From: Sodalis glossinidius str. 'morsitans'
Lineage (GTDB): Bacteria; Pseudomonadota; Gammaproteobacteria; Enterobacterales; Enterobacteriaceae
Direction: 5' to 3'
Length of the DNA: 16,000 nucleotides
Assembly (NCBI RefSeq): GCF_000010085.1
Contig: NC_007712.1
Span: forward strand, 291,082 to 307,081
Shown: in pieces, positions 1 to 8,923 of the stretch
Layout of the letters: every line of letters begins with the position of its first letter
Numbering within the stretch: the first letter of the stretch is position 1
Program-made: the position numbers and the translations under genes
The notes under the pieces: generated by a model
The model's database searches: none
The model's input: the letters and a program-made list of their open reading frames with translations, nothing else
Told to the model about the DNA's origin: nothing

Positions 1-100
1 TCCTCCTGCCGCACCCGCGCGAACCCGGCGCCGGCAACTATACTGATAGCTAACAGCGTTTTTCTCCCCGGCAGGGACCTCTTTTCATCGCGAGGACACC

Positions 101-1515
101 ATGACAGATCACGCAACGCTTCAGGCGCATACTTTGTTCCATACCGGCTATTTTATCAATGGCCAATGGCATACGTCCTACACCACCTTTGATGTGGAAA
201 ATCCGGCCACCGGCGAAGTCCTTGCCCGGGTTGCCAAAGCGGGCAAAACAGAAACCGATGCGGCCATTGCCATTGCCATTGCCGCGGCGGCCTTTCCAGC
301 CTGGCACGCCAAAACCGCGAAAGAGCGTTCAGAGGTGCTCTACCGCTGGTATCAGCCCATCATGGAGAATCAACCCTATCTGGCGAAACTGATGAGCGCC
401 GAGCAGGGCAAGCCTGTCAAGGAAGCCGCCGGCGAAGTAGCGTATGCCGCCAGCTTTATTCAGTGGTTTGCCGAACAGGCCAAGCGGGTCAACGGCGAAA
501 TCATTCCGCCCGCCAAAGCCCACTCGCGCATATTCGCCACCCGCGAGCCGGTAGGCGTAGTCGCGGCTATTACCCCCTGGAACTTCCCGATGGCGATGCT
601 TACCCGCAAGCTCGGCCCGGCACTGGCAGCAGGTTGTACGGCGCTGGCGCAGCAGGCCGGCGTGCCGAACGGGGTTCTCAACGGGGTTGCTGGCGATACA
701 CATGCGATTAGCGATGCCATTATGGCCAGCAGCACCGTGCGTAAGGTGACGCTCACCGGGTCGACCGACGTCGGCAAAACGCTCATGCGCAATGTGGCCG
801 ATACCATGAAAAAAATCTCCATGGAGCTGGGCGGTAATGCCCCGTATATTGTGTTTGACGAAGCTGATATTACAGCCGCAGTGGCCGGCGCCATGGCCAA
901 CAAATTTCGTAATGCGGGGCAGGTGTGCGTCAGTGTCAACCGTTTCTTTATTCAGGACGGCGTCTACGATCGATTCGTTACGCAGCTGGCGCAGGAAGTG
1001 GAAAAACTGACCGTGGGCAATGGCGCCTAGGACGGAGTGGTAGTCGGGCCGCTCATTAATCGCGCCGGGGTGGAAAAAGCCTAGGAACATGTGAATGATG
1101 CGCTGGCGAAGGGTGTGCGCGTGTGATAACGGGCGGTAAACGCCACCCGCTGGGCGGCAATTTTTTCCAGCCCACGGTGCTGGCCGAGGTGACCGACGAC
1201 ATGCAGCTGGCGCGCGAGGAGACCTTTGGCCCGGTTGCCGCCTGCTTCCGTTTTATCGACGAAGAAGAGGTGATCCGGCGTGCCAATGACACCCCCTATG
1301 GTTTGGCCGCTTACTTTTACACCCGGGATCTGGCGCGGGTGTTTCGCGTGGCGGCGACGCTTGAGAGCGGCATGGTGGGCATTAATGAATGCGCGGTGTC
1401 TACCGAGCTTGGGCCGTTTGGCGGCGTAAAAGAGTCTGGCTTGGGGCGAGAAGGATCGGTGCTGGGCATGGAAGATTATTTGGAAGTCAAAACTCTGCAC
1501 ATCGGCGGACTCTGA
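101..1515 (+). pseudogene. gabD: Succinate-semialdehyde dehydrogenase (GabD-type NAD(P)+ aldehyde dehydrogenase), inactivated
   Basis: ORFs 101-1030 and 1123-1515 are colinear with E. coli GabD as recalled. Shared motifs: PWNFPMAMLTRK, MELGGNAP, KFRNAGQVCVSVNRF (catalytic Cys), EETFGPVA, YGLAAYFYTRDLARVFRV, GGVKESGLGREGS. Lesions: in-frame loss of roughly 15-17 codons at ~641-650 (AAGCT-AL-AQQAGVP, so the KPA/S..TP segment is missing); in-frame TAG at 1028-1030 and 1082-1084; frameshift at ~1118-1125. Confidence 0.85.
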
Positions 1516-1521
1516 GGGTGC

Positions 1522-1553
1522 CGGTGTCCGCCCACCCTTGCCGGCGGACACCG
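1522..1553 (+). terminator. GC-rich hairpin just downstream of the gabD stop (possible terminator or REP-like element)
   Basis: cggtgtccgcc (1522-1532) pairs perfectly with ggcggacaccg (1543-1553), giving an 11-bp stem and 10-nt loop. It starts 7 nt after the TGA at 1513-1515. No U-tract follows, so intrinsic terminator function is uncertain. Confidence 0.35.
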
Positions 1554-1603
1554 CCTATGCGCCCGTACGGGGAGAGAATAACCGGCTTAGCGGAGAGCGC
1601 CTT

Positions 1604-1792
1604 ATGGAGAAAGTATCCTTCGATTTTAATCACATAGCCGATCTTCCGGCTTTTTATCGCCAATTCGCCATTAGCGAGCCTTATGATGCCAATCTTGACG
1701 GCCTATGGCGGACGGTAATGAGCCATTTGCCGTTGCCGGTGGCAATTGAGTTTCTGCATCTCAATGTGCTGACAGACGGCAGCTGCGCCTGA
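1604..1792 (+). CDS. Barstar-family (YhcO-like) small protein, probably C-terminally truncated
   Basis: MEKVSFDFNHIADLPAFYRQF...NLDGLWRTVMSHLPLPVAIEFLHL matches the barstar/YhcO pattern (FDF..I....FY, NLDxLWD, LP..IEF.HL). GGAGAG lies 7 nt upstream of the ATG. It has 62 codons against about 90 for family members as I recall, so it may be a truncated remnant. Confidence 0.5.
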   Translation: MEKVSFDFNHIADLPAFYRQFAISEPYDANLDGLWRTVMSHLPLPVAIEFLHLNVLTDGSCA

Positions 1793-1809
1793 CGCCAAGG
1801 GACGCGGCG

Positions 1810-2358
1810 TTAGTCCGCCTCGGACAGGGTGTGCAAGTATTGGTAAAGTTGGCGCGCGGTTTTTGGCGGTTTTTTGGCCGCCTTCTCTTTCTGGGCATTG
1901 CGTACCAGCGCCCGTAACTGCTGGCGGTCGGCCTGCGGATAATGTTCTAGCACTTGTGCAATGGCGTCGTCGCCCTGCGCAAGCAGCTTGTCGCGTAGTA
2001 TTTCAAGCTTATGAAACAAGGTGATCTGCTGGTTATGGCGATTCTTCAGTTTATCCAGCGCCTGCTGGATAGGCTCCGGATCCCGGGCGCGCAGCATCTT
2101 CCCGATAAGCTGAATTTGCCGGCGCTGCCCTTCGCGCTTGATGCGCTGCGCCAGCGCGATGGCGCAGCGCAGGTCATCGTCCAGCGGGATTTTTTCCAGC
2201 GCATTTTTACCGAGTGACACCAGCTCAACGCCTAACTGTTTTAGCGTCTCGGCGTCGCGTTTGATTTCACTCTTGCTGACCCAGATTATTTCATCTTGCT
2301 CATCGTCCTGCTGCTGCAAAGACTGTGGGTCCTGCCACTCTTCCGGCTGTTTATTCAT
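1810..2358 (-). CDS. yjgA: Ribosome-associated protein YjgA/DarP (DUF615), apparently intact
   Basis: The 182-aa ORF is near-colinear with E. coli YjgA (183 aa). Shared segments: [80 protein letters not shown] lies 7 nt upstream of the ATG. It is divergent from pmbA, as in E. coli. Confidence 0.9.
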   Translation of the reverse strand: MNKQPEEWQDPQSLQQQDDEQDEIIWVSKSEIKRDAETLKQLGVELVSLGKNALEKIPLDDDLRCAIALAQRIKREGQRRQIQLIGKMLRARDPEPIQQALDKLKNRHNQQITLFHKLEILRDKLLAQGDDAIAQVLEHYPQADRQQLRALVRNAQKEKAAKKPPKTARQLYQYLHTLSEAD

Positions 2359-2457
2359 AGGTGTTCCTCAAAAAGAGGCTCATCCTAGCAGGTTGCCTCG
2401 GATTCTCAACGGCATTATTTCACCGTGCGACGTTTAAACGCCAATTTTCTCTGCCTG

Positions 2458-2640
2458 TTACCGCACGATGTCAAGGCCGCCCATAAGCGCCGGATGAGCC
2501 CGACTGCGAGGGTCAGGAGCGCCGTCACGGCGAAGGACGAGCGGCGAGCGCGAGCCTAATCCGCGCATTGAGGGTGGTTTGCCGGCGGTCTCCGCCTGCC
2601 GTTCTTCCTTCGCGCACACAGTGCCAAATGCAGTACGGAC
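2458..2640. other. GC-rich intergenic insert with nested inverted repeats (candidate structured RNA or small repeat element)
   Basis: An outer imperfect stem joins 2530-2545 (gcgaaggacgagcggc) and 2598-2613 (gccgttcttccttcgc), complementary at 14/16 positions. It encloses hairpins 2548-2552/2562-2566 (gcgcg/cgcgc) and 2584-2588/2592-2596 (ggcgg/ccgcc). A further hairpin lies at 2520-2532. No convincing coding frame. Confidence 0.3.
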
Positions 2641-2760
2641 TGTTAGACTGAAGGCATGATGCAAAGCGGTATCAGATTGGCTGACCGCATAATTTGATTT
2701 TGCCGGGCGTGCGGCGAGATTCCCTCTAGCGGATAATGCTCTATGAATAATAGCGGAACT

Positions 2761-4095
2761 ATGAATTTAGTCACCCAGGTCGCCCAGTAACGCACACTTT
2801 TGGAAAACGCGGTCGCTCAGGCGCTGGAGCGCGCCGGTTCGGACGGGGCGGAAGTGGCGGTGACCAAAACGACCGGTATCGGCATTAGCACCCGCTATGG
2901 CGAGGTGGAGAATGTCGAATTCAACAGCGATGGCGCTCTGGGGATTACCGTTTATTATCAGCAGCGCAAAGGCAGCGCTTCCTCCACTGATCTCAGTCAG
3001 GATGCTATTGCCCGCACCGTCGTCGTCGCGCTGGACATTGCTCGTTACACTTCACCTGATCCCGCCTCCGGGCCGGCGGAAAAAACGCTGCTGGCGTTCG
3101 AGGCGCAGGATCTGGATTTATTCCACCCCGCCGAGCTGGACGCCGAACGCGGGATTGCCCTGGCCGCCGAGGCCGAACAGACGGCCCTTAAAAGCGATAA
3201 GCGTATTACCCATACCGAAGGGGGCAGCTTCAACAGCCATTTCAGCACCCGTGTGTTCGGCAATAGTCACGGCATGTTGCAAAGCTACAGCAGCAGACGT
3301 CACTCTCTCTCCTGTAGCGTCATCGCCGAAAGCGGCGGCGATATGGAGCGCAATTATGCCTATACCCTTGGCCGCGCCTTCGGCGATTTGCGCTCGCCGC
3401 AGTGGGTGGGTGAGGAGTGCGCGCGCCGCACGCTGGCGCACCTTAATCCACGTAAACTGCCGACCATGGAGGCGCCGGTACTGTTTGCCGCCGAAGTTGC
3501 CACCGAATTGTTTGGCCATCTCGTCGGGGCCATCAGCGGCGGTAATGTGTATCGTAAGTCGACTTTCCTGCTCGATTCGCTTGGTAAGGCCATTTTGCCC
3601 GATTGGCTCTCCATTCAGAAGTGACCTCATCTGCGCAAAGGACTGGCCTCGTCGCCATTTGACAGTGAAGGGGTGAGAACCAGCGATCGTGCCATCGTGC
3701 AGGACGGCGTGCTCAACACCTGGTTGCTCGGCAGTTACGCGGCGCGCAAGCTCGGCCTTGAGAGCACGGGACATGCCGGCGGTATACACAATTGTCGGAT
3801 AACACATCAGGTGATCGATTTCGCCGGCCTGTTAAAACAGATGGGGCGCGGATTGGTCGTGACGGAACTGATGGGGCAGGGGAGTCAGCGCCATCACCGG
3901 CGATTATTCCCGTGGCGCCGCCGGTTTCTGGGTGGAAAACGGCGAAATTCAATACCCGGTCAGAGAGATAACCATCGCCGGCAACCTGAAAGAGATGCTG
4001 CGCAATATCGTCAGCATCGGCAGCGATACCGAGACCCGCAGCAATATCCAATGCGGTTCAGTGCTGCTGTCGGCGATGAAAATCGCCGGTCAATG
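2761..4095 (+). pseudogene. pmbA: Metalloprotease PmbA/TldE, inactivated
   Basis: Colinear with E. coli PmbA along its whole length. Shared segments: [108 protein letters not shown], final frame ...[16 protein letters not shown]. Lesions: TAA at codon 10 (2788-2790), in-frame TGA at 3622-3624, frameshift at ~3881-3886. Confidence 0.9.
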
Positions 4096-4286
4096 ACGCA
4101 AGCTTTGTGCCATGCTCAACCTTGTTGGCCGGTGAGAATAATCATGCTTCGATGACTGAATTGTCGGTCAACGATGAGATTTTTACTCGCAGACGAAGAT
4201 CGCCGGCCAATGATACCGATAATTGGCTTCGGCCTACCATCACCTGTTAATAACGGATACTCACCATGATCCTTGTCGCCACCGGT

Positions 4287-4673
4287 ATGAGAAGGTTATT
4301 CCTCGCGGTGTTGCCGCTTCTGGCCGTTTCGTTCGTCACCGCGGCGACGGCGCGGGAGCTGAGCGAAGATATGGATATGATTGCCGCCAATTACAGCGCG
4401 GTCCTTCACACCGATAATCCGGCCACTCTGAAACAGGCGCTGGCGGATATGTACGCTGCGGCCGCGGATGCTCGCGACGCGACCCCGCCGAAACTACGCG
4501 GGCAAGCGCCGGAAAGCCCGCAAATGCAGGACTATCGGCGGGGTATCGATACGTTGCTTGGACAAATTGAGCAGGCGCAGGCAAAGGTGGAGAAAGGCGA
4601 TATAGAGGGCGCGAAACAGGTCGCGGGCCAGTTCAAGCAGACCCGCGATGAGAATCATGCCAAGTTTCGCTAA
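4287..4673 (+). CDS. cybC: Soluble cytochrome b562 precursor, apparently intact
   Basis: From the Met at 4287 the product is 128 aa, the same length as E. coli CybC. It has a signal peptide (MRRLFLAVLPLLAVSFVTAATA|RE). Both heme ligands are conserved (Met in ELSEDMDM, His in ENHAKFR), as is ATPPKL...SP.M.D.R.G.D.L.GQI. It lies downstream of pmbA, as in E. coli. The ORF track extends upstream to 4266. Confidence 0.85.
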   Translation: MRRLFLAVLPLLAVSFVTAATARELSEDMDMIAANYSAVLHTDNPATLKQALADMYAAAADARDATPPKLRGQAPESPQMQDYRRGIDTLLGQIEQAQAKVEKGDIEGAKQVAGQFKQTRDENHAKFR

Positions 4674-4688
4674 ATTGGGCCCGTCACG

Positions 4689-5379
4689 TTATTCCCGGTT
4701 TTGCTGATAAACCGACAGGTGCGTCCATTGCGTCCATACTGCACTCAGCAGCGGAACGGGCAGGCCGGCGTGGTTGGCACGGGCTTTCAGATCACCGATG
4801 ATCTGATCGGCCTCCACGGCGTTACCGGCTATCAAATCCCGATAAAGGGAAGAGGTCATGGGCGACCCCTGTTGGCTCAGCAGGTCGGTGGTTTCCGCGA
4901 TGACATCATCACGCCGCCGGTAGCCGCCGGCCTCTGCGATCGACACCACCTCCGCCACCAGCGCGCGCGAAGGCTGGCCCGCCGGGCGCCGCCGCGACCT
5001 GGCCGATGGTGCCGCGCATCAGGCAGGTGATGCCGCCCAGGCTCGATAACAGTATCCACTTTTCCCATAGCGCGGTGGTAATTGACGGGATGGCGCAGGC
5101 GTCAAAACCGGCGTTGCCCAGGGGCCGCGTCGACGCGCGCCAGCCGTTCCGTACGCCTATCATCCAGCTCGCCATAACAGAGCTGATGCAGCTCGTCCAT
5201 TGCCGCCGCCAGCGAGAAGGCTTTTACCGATAACAGGATCAGATCATAATGACTAGTGAGGCTGCCGGCTTCCACCAGCGCTGGCTGCAGCGTCACATTG
5301 CCGCTGGGGCTTAAGATATGCAGGCCGTTCTGCCGCAGCGTTTGCGCCCGCTGCCGGCGCCTACCACTAATATGCGCAT
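4689..5379 (-). pseudogene. 2-dehydropantoate 2-reductase (ApbA/PanE) family gene, inactivated
   Basis: Three ORF pieces on the minus strand read in order. N-terminal MRILVVGAG (start 5379) is followed immediately by out-of-frame sequence. Next comes ...DLILLSVKAFSL..AMDEL, then ...WEKWILLSSLGGITCLMRGTIGQV.AAPGG, then a C-terminal ApbA_C-like ...SPMTSSLYRDL..GNAVEADQIIGDL...AGLPVPLL. Frameshifts lie at ~5110 and ~4965, and there are apparent internal deletions. Confidence 0.7.
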
Positions 5380-5487
5380 TGCCCTCACCTTATCCAGCCG
5401 AAAAGAGGCGACCCGCCGCCAAATTTTTCATTGCCATTAATTGCTAACATAAAGCGATCGCGCGCGTATCGCAACCGAGGGCGAAAT

Positions 5488-5518
5488 GCCCTGACCCGCG
5501 CCGCGGTCGCGTCAGGGC
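5488..5518 (-). terminator. Hairpin downstream of the GH15 remnant (possible terminator)
   Basis: gccctgac (5488-5495) pairs with gtcagggc (5511-5518), an 8-bp stem. On the minus strand it is followed by ATTTCG and lies 22 nt after the stop at 5540. Confidence 0.3.
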
Positions 5519-5539
5519 TGCCACAGCGGATCTTTACCG

Positions 5540-5824
5540 TCAAGTTTTGCGATCGAGGAAGAAGGCGGCGCTTATCAGCGCCAGATGCGTTAGCGCCTGC
5601 GGCGTATTACCTAGCGCGTAGCCGCGTCGGTTAAACTCTTCGGCGATATAGCGCCTTACCAGACCATCATGCACCAGATGGGCGCGGATGGCGTCCAGGG
5701 TTGCCAAACAGTCGGGATCGGTGGCGCTGACAAAGCGGAACAGCGGCATCAGCAACATCGATGTGTCCAAATCTTTGCCGTGGCGGGTGGTGGCACGGGC
5801 TTTGTCCCAGCGGTCGTAGGGCAT
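5540..5824 (-). pseudogene. Glycoside hydrolase family 15 (glucoamylase/trehalase-like) C-terminal fragment
   Basis: [41 protein letters not shown] and [17 protein letters not shown] match the conserved GH15 C-terminal pattern (LDASLLL.PL.GF...DPR...T..AI...L..DG.V.RY ... GNFPQAFSH..LI.AA). The whole catalytic N-terminal part is absent, and there is an internal deletion between the two motifs. Confidence 0.6.
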
Positions 5825-5834
5825 TATCCGGGCG

Positions 5835-6573
5835 CTCCAGCACCATATGCGTCAGCGTGCCGTAAGTGACTTTTTCGCCGTGGGTCAGGTGATGAATATT
5901 CCTCTGAATGGCGGTAAAGCCGTTGTGAATCGCATGGGCGCCCGCCAGACCGCCGTTTTCAAAACCCAGCCCGGAAAGCAGAGTATTGGCTTCCACCACC
6001 GCCTCCACCGCGGGCGTGACCTTGCGCATCGCAACCGCCTGGGCTTCCACGTAGGTCGCCAGGCCATCGGCGATGCCCGAGGCAAACAGTCGCACCGGCG
6101 CCTGGGCGCAGACGGCGGTATCCACCAGCACCAATTCCGGATTTTTAGTGTAAAAACGGTAACTGTCGAACACGCCGTCGTTGCTATAAATGACCGACAG
6201 CACGGAGCATAGGTGGAGGCGACGGTCGGCACAATGGCCACCGGATGTTTCATTCATCCACGACCGCCTTGGCGGTATCCAGCGTTTTGCCGCCGCTGAG
6301 ACCGACCACAACGGCGGTTTGCTCATCGCGAGCCACCTTCGCCAGACGGAGGATTTCGTTGCCCGATGCCTCGCCGTTAAAACGTTCATAACGGTAGGAG
6401 ATGTCGGCTGTTTTCAGCGTGGCCTGCACCCGTTCCCCGGTAATGCCCCACACCACATCGTCCGCAATGAGAAAGGCTTTGCTGCCCAAAGCGGACAGGT
6501 AATTACCCAATTCATCCGGGATGCCGCTACCCTGAACATACTTTACCGGTGACGAAAAGATAAAGTTTCTCAT
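5835..6573 (-). pseudogene. gldA: Glycerol dehydrogenase, inactivated and 3'-truncated
   Basis: Colinear with E. coli GldA. Shared segments: [35 protein letters not shown]...G.FD.Y, P..V.VDT......AP.RL.A.GI.D.LAT..EA, P.VE.V.EANT.LSG.GFE.GGLA.AHA.HNG.TA, HGEKV.YGTLT..VLE. Lesions: frameshift/TGA at ~6250-6256; frameshift at ~6194-6208; an in-frame internal deletion of roughly 35 codons after ...YVEAQA; homology stops at ~5835. Confidence 0.85.
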
Positions 6574-6903
6574 AGTTTTTTACCTCGGTCTTTGTTGATA
6601 ATAGGAGCCGGCGGGCACCGGCGTGTGCCAGGGTAGACAGTTGCTACGATTGTAGTACAGACGGGCGGATAGTGAGGGACTGAATATGCCTAAGGCCGTT
6701 TTCAATAAAGGGCGCGATCCCCGAAGGTGCTGACTGTCGGCTGACGATGACGCTAAAAACATAATAAGCTGGTAAGATTGTTGACGCCACCCTGCATTCG
6801 CCGGCGATGGAAGATTTGCGACGCGACCGGTCCCCGGCACGTGTGGCTGCTGCTTAACGATTACGAGATAAATTACGCTATGCCTAGGTTTTCCAATTGT
6901 TGT

Positions 6904-8300
6904 ATGAAGGCTTTTTGGATCCTTCTTTTCAGCGTCATGCTGGCGTTTGGCACTCTCTCAACCGGGGCGCGTGCGGATGACGCGCCGGAGGCCGCCGGCG
7001 ACAGCGCCCTGCAATTAGCCAGCGACGCCGATACCCTGATGACAGCGTTGCAGCCCGATCGCACGCAGCTACAGGGACAGCTGGACGTGCTGGGGCCGCC
7101 GCCGGCTGGCCAGTTTCTCCGACGATGTGGCCGACGCCTGGCAGCAAGCCTGGTCCCCGGAATGGCGCTTCGGCTCCGCCGCATTGCTGGTGCTGCTGGT
7201 GTGGGGGTTCAGCTCGCGTTGGCTGGATAAACCCCTTGGCTGGTTCAGTATCCATGTTCTGCCCGAAGGTCGCCTGCGCCGCAGCTTTCTCGCCTGCTCC
7301 ACCGCGCTGGTCACCGTGTTGAGCGTAGGGGTAGGGGCGTAATTGCTTTATTGGCTGCTCACCCGTCTGCCGGATGTGTCCGACGAACTGGTGGATTTTG
7401 CCGATGGCGTGCTGCGTTTAACGTTTTTTGCCTCGCTCATCGCCGGGCTGGGCCGTGCGTTTTTATCCAACCATCGACCTTCCTGGCGCCTGCCGGCGAT
7501 CCTTGACGCCATTGCGCTTGCCATGAAGCTGCCGCCGCTGCTGGCCACGTTCGTGTTGATTTCAGGCGCTATTGAGCAGCTCAACAGCAGCGTCGGCACC
7601 AGCGTGTCCACGACCCATTTTCGGCTATGGGCTTTCGGCGCTGCTCGCGGCTATCGGCAAAACGCTGCTGATTGTGTTTGGCGCCGTGGCCCTGATCAAC
7701 GGTAATTTCGGCTCCACCACGCCGTTGGCGTTGTTGCATAAAGTGCTCGAAGTTTGGGACGGCAAAGGGCTTGAAAAGCTCAATATCGTCCCCGCCCATG
7801 TTTTGAACGCCCTGATCTTTCTGGCAATCGCCCTCTATGTCCTGCGCTCCGCCAGACGCTGGCTGGAAAAAAATTTCCTGCCGAAGACCATGATGGAACC
7901 GGGAATGCGTTTCTCGCTGGTGACGCTGTTTAGCAATGTTGGCTATGTGTTGGGATCCTGCTGGCGCTGTCCACCCTCGGCATACAGTGGAATAATCTGG
8001 CCTGGATCTTCAGCGCGCTGTCGGTGGGGATCGGTTTTGGTCTGCTGGAGGCCTCGCGAGCACGAAGCTATCCAAAGCGCGCCGGCGCCCTCGGTCACTT
8101 TCAGCCAGTTGACGCCGTTGGGTATCGTACTGAGCGTGACCGGTTTCGTCAGCAGTCCGCGCGTAGTGGCATAAACCAAAAGCGATCTGCTGTTCGAGAT
8201 CCTAAAGCGCCTGCGTGCCGACGGCATTACGCTGTCGATGCCGCAAAAAATGATTGTAGAGAACGCCAACGTTACCTCTGCGACGCCGACCGAAGCCTGA
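6904..8300 (+). pseudogene. MscS-family mechanosensitive channel with N-terminal periplasmic domain, heavily eroded
   Basis: Signal peptide MKAFWILLFSVMLAFGTLSTGARA, multiple TM-like segments, MscS pore-helix motif SALSVGIGFGL, and a C-terminal ...PAPSVTF....TKSDLLFEILKRLRADGITLSMPQ typical of the family. At least 4 frame changes (~7105, ~7620, ~7950, ~8055). In-frame TAA at 7340-7342 and 8172-8174. Most of the beta-domain after GIGFGL is lost (junction ~8045-8060). Confidence 0.7.
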
Positions 8301-8369
8301 TCCTTCCCTCGCCGACCTGTGAGCGGGCCTGCACAGGCCGGCGCTATAAGCAGGGTGCTGCGGGCGCGG

Positions 8370-8386
8370 CGCCGTCTGTGACGGCG
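8370..8386. terminator. Hairpin between convergent pseudogenes
   Basis: cgccgtc-tgt-gacggcg forms a 7-bp stem with a 3-nt loop. It lies between the channel stop (8300) and the acetyltransferase stop (8394). No U-tract on either strand. Confidence 0.25.
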
Positions 8387-8393
8387 TTAGCCA

Positions 8394-8923
8394 TCATGGG
8401 GCGGTAGTTTGCTGGCCTTCTCCCAGACTACTCTGCATCAACAGGGTATCTACCCAACGGCCATGTTTAAAGCCCACCGCCGTCAGCTGTCCTATCAATT
8501 GAAGCTTTTGATGCAAACGTAACGAGGCATGATTTTCCGCATTGCCGATAATCGCCAACATCTGACGCCAGCCACCCTGTTCCGCCCGAATAATGGCCTC
8601 GCGCAGCAGTAACGAGCCGAGTCGGCGTCCGGATTTGGCCGGATGAATATACACGGAATCCTCGACGGTGAAACGGTAGGCGTAACGGGGACGATAAGGG
8701 GAAAGATAACAATAGCCCAGCAGTTCGCCGTCTTGCCGGGCCGCAAGCCAAGGCAGCCCTTGCGCCTTTACCGCGCGGTATAGCGGCCCATCATATCATT
8801 TAGCTACGGCGGCTCGGTCTCGAAACTGGCGATACCGTGTTGCACATGCCAGGCATAAATATCACGGATAGCAAGCAGATCCGTTGCTTGGGCATCGCTG
8901 ATGAGAATAGCCGAATGTGTCAC
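8394..8923 (-). pseudogene. GNAT acetyltransferase (phosphinothricin/L-amino-acid N-acyltransferase-like), inactivated
   Basis: GTG start at 8923 with AGGGGG 5 nt upstream. Reads VTHSAILISDAQATDLLAIRDIYAWHVQHGIASFETEPP, then TAG (~8801-8803), then a frameshift (~8770), then ...LPWLAARQDGELLGYCYLSPYRPRYAYRFTVEDSVYIHPAKSGRRLGSLLL..AI..AE..GWRQMLAIIGNAENHASLRLH, FKHGRWVDTLLMQ. This is typical of the PAT/YncA-like family. Confidence 0.8.

Noticed and set aside
329-1090. Long minus-strand ORFs (329-1090, 460-939, 50-307) opposite gabD.
   Set aside because: They are antisense shadow frames typical of GC-rich coding DNA. They have no family motifs, and the plus strand carries unmistakable GabD homology.
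1604-1792. The barstar-family ORF as half of a barnase/barstar-type toxin-immunity pair.
   Set aside because: No ribonuclease-like partner lies on either side (gabD upstream, yjgA downstream). YhcO-like orphans are common in enterobacteria, and this copy looks truncated.
2458-2664. A 68-aa minus-strand ORF inside the GC-rich yjgA-pmbA insert.
   Set aside because: It has no SD and a Arg/Pro/Gly-biased composition, and it spans the inverted repeats. It is better treated as non-coding structured or repeat DNA.
3118-3807. A 229-aa minus-strand ORF and other frames overlapping pmbA (2897-3676 +, 3360-3614 -, 3713-4051 -).
   Set aside because: They are Arg/Ala/Gly-rich shadow ORFs with no motifs. 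The region is fully explained by PmbA homology on the plus strand.
4078-4213. A mini-duplication of the pmbA 3' terminus. gatgaaaatcgccggtcaatgac (4075-4097) and gacgaagatcgccggccaatgat (4193-4215) are about 19/23 identical, both reading ..KIAGQ*.
   Set aside because: It is only about 20 nt, with no further flanking similarity. It could be a small duplication scar or chance, and it is too short to support a feature.
5667-6389. A 240-aa ORF that could be taken for an intact gene.
   Set aside because: It is a composite. The first ~60 residues are out-of-frame gldA sequence, the middle is genuine GldA, and the tail is read-through across the deletion junction into the GH15 remnant.
7572-8174. 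A 200-aa ORF within the channel locus as a possible stand-alone membrane protein.
   Set aside because: Only parts of it are in the true MscS-family frame. The conserved SVGIGFGL motif lies in a different frame, which shows this is a frameshifted pseudogene segment.
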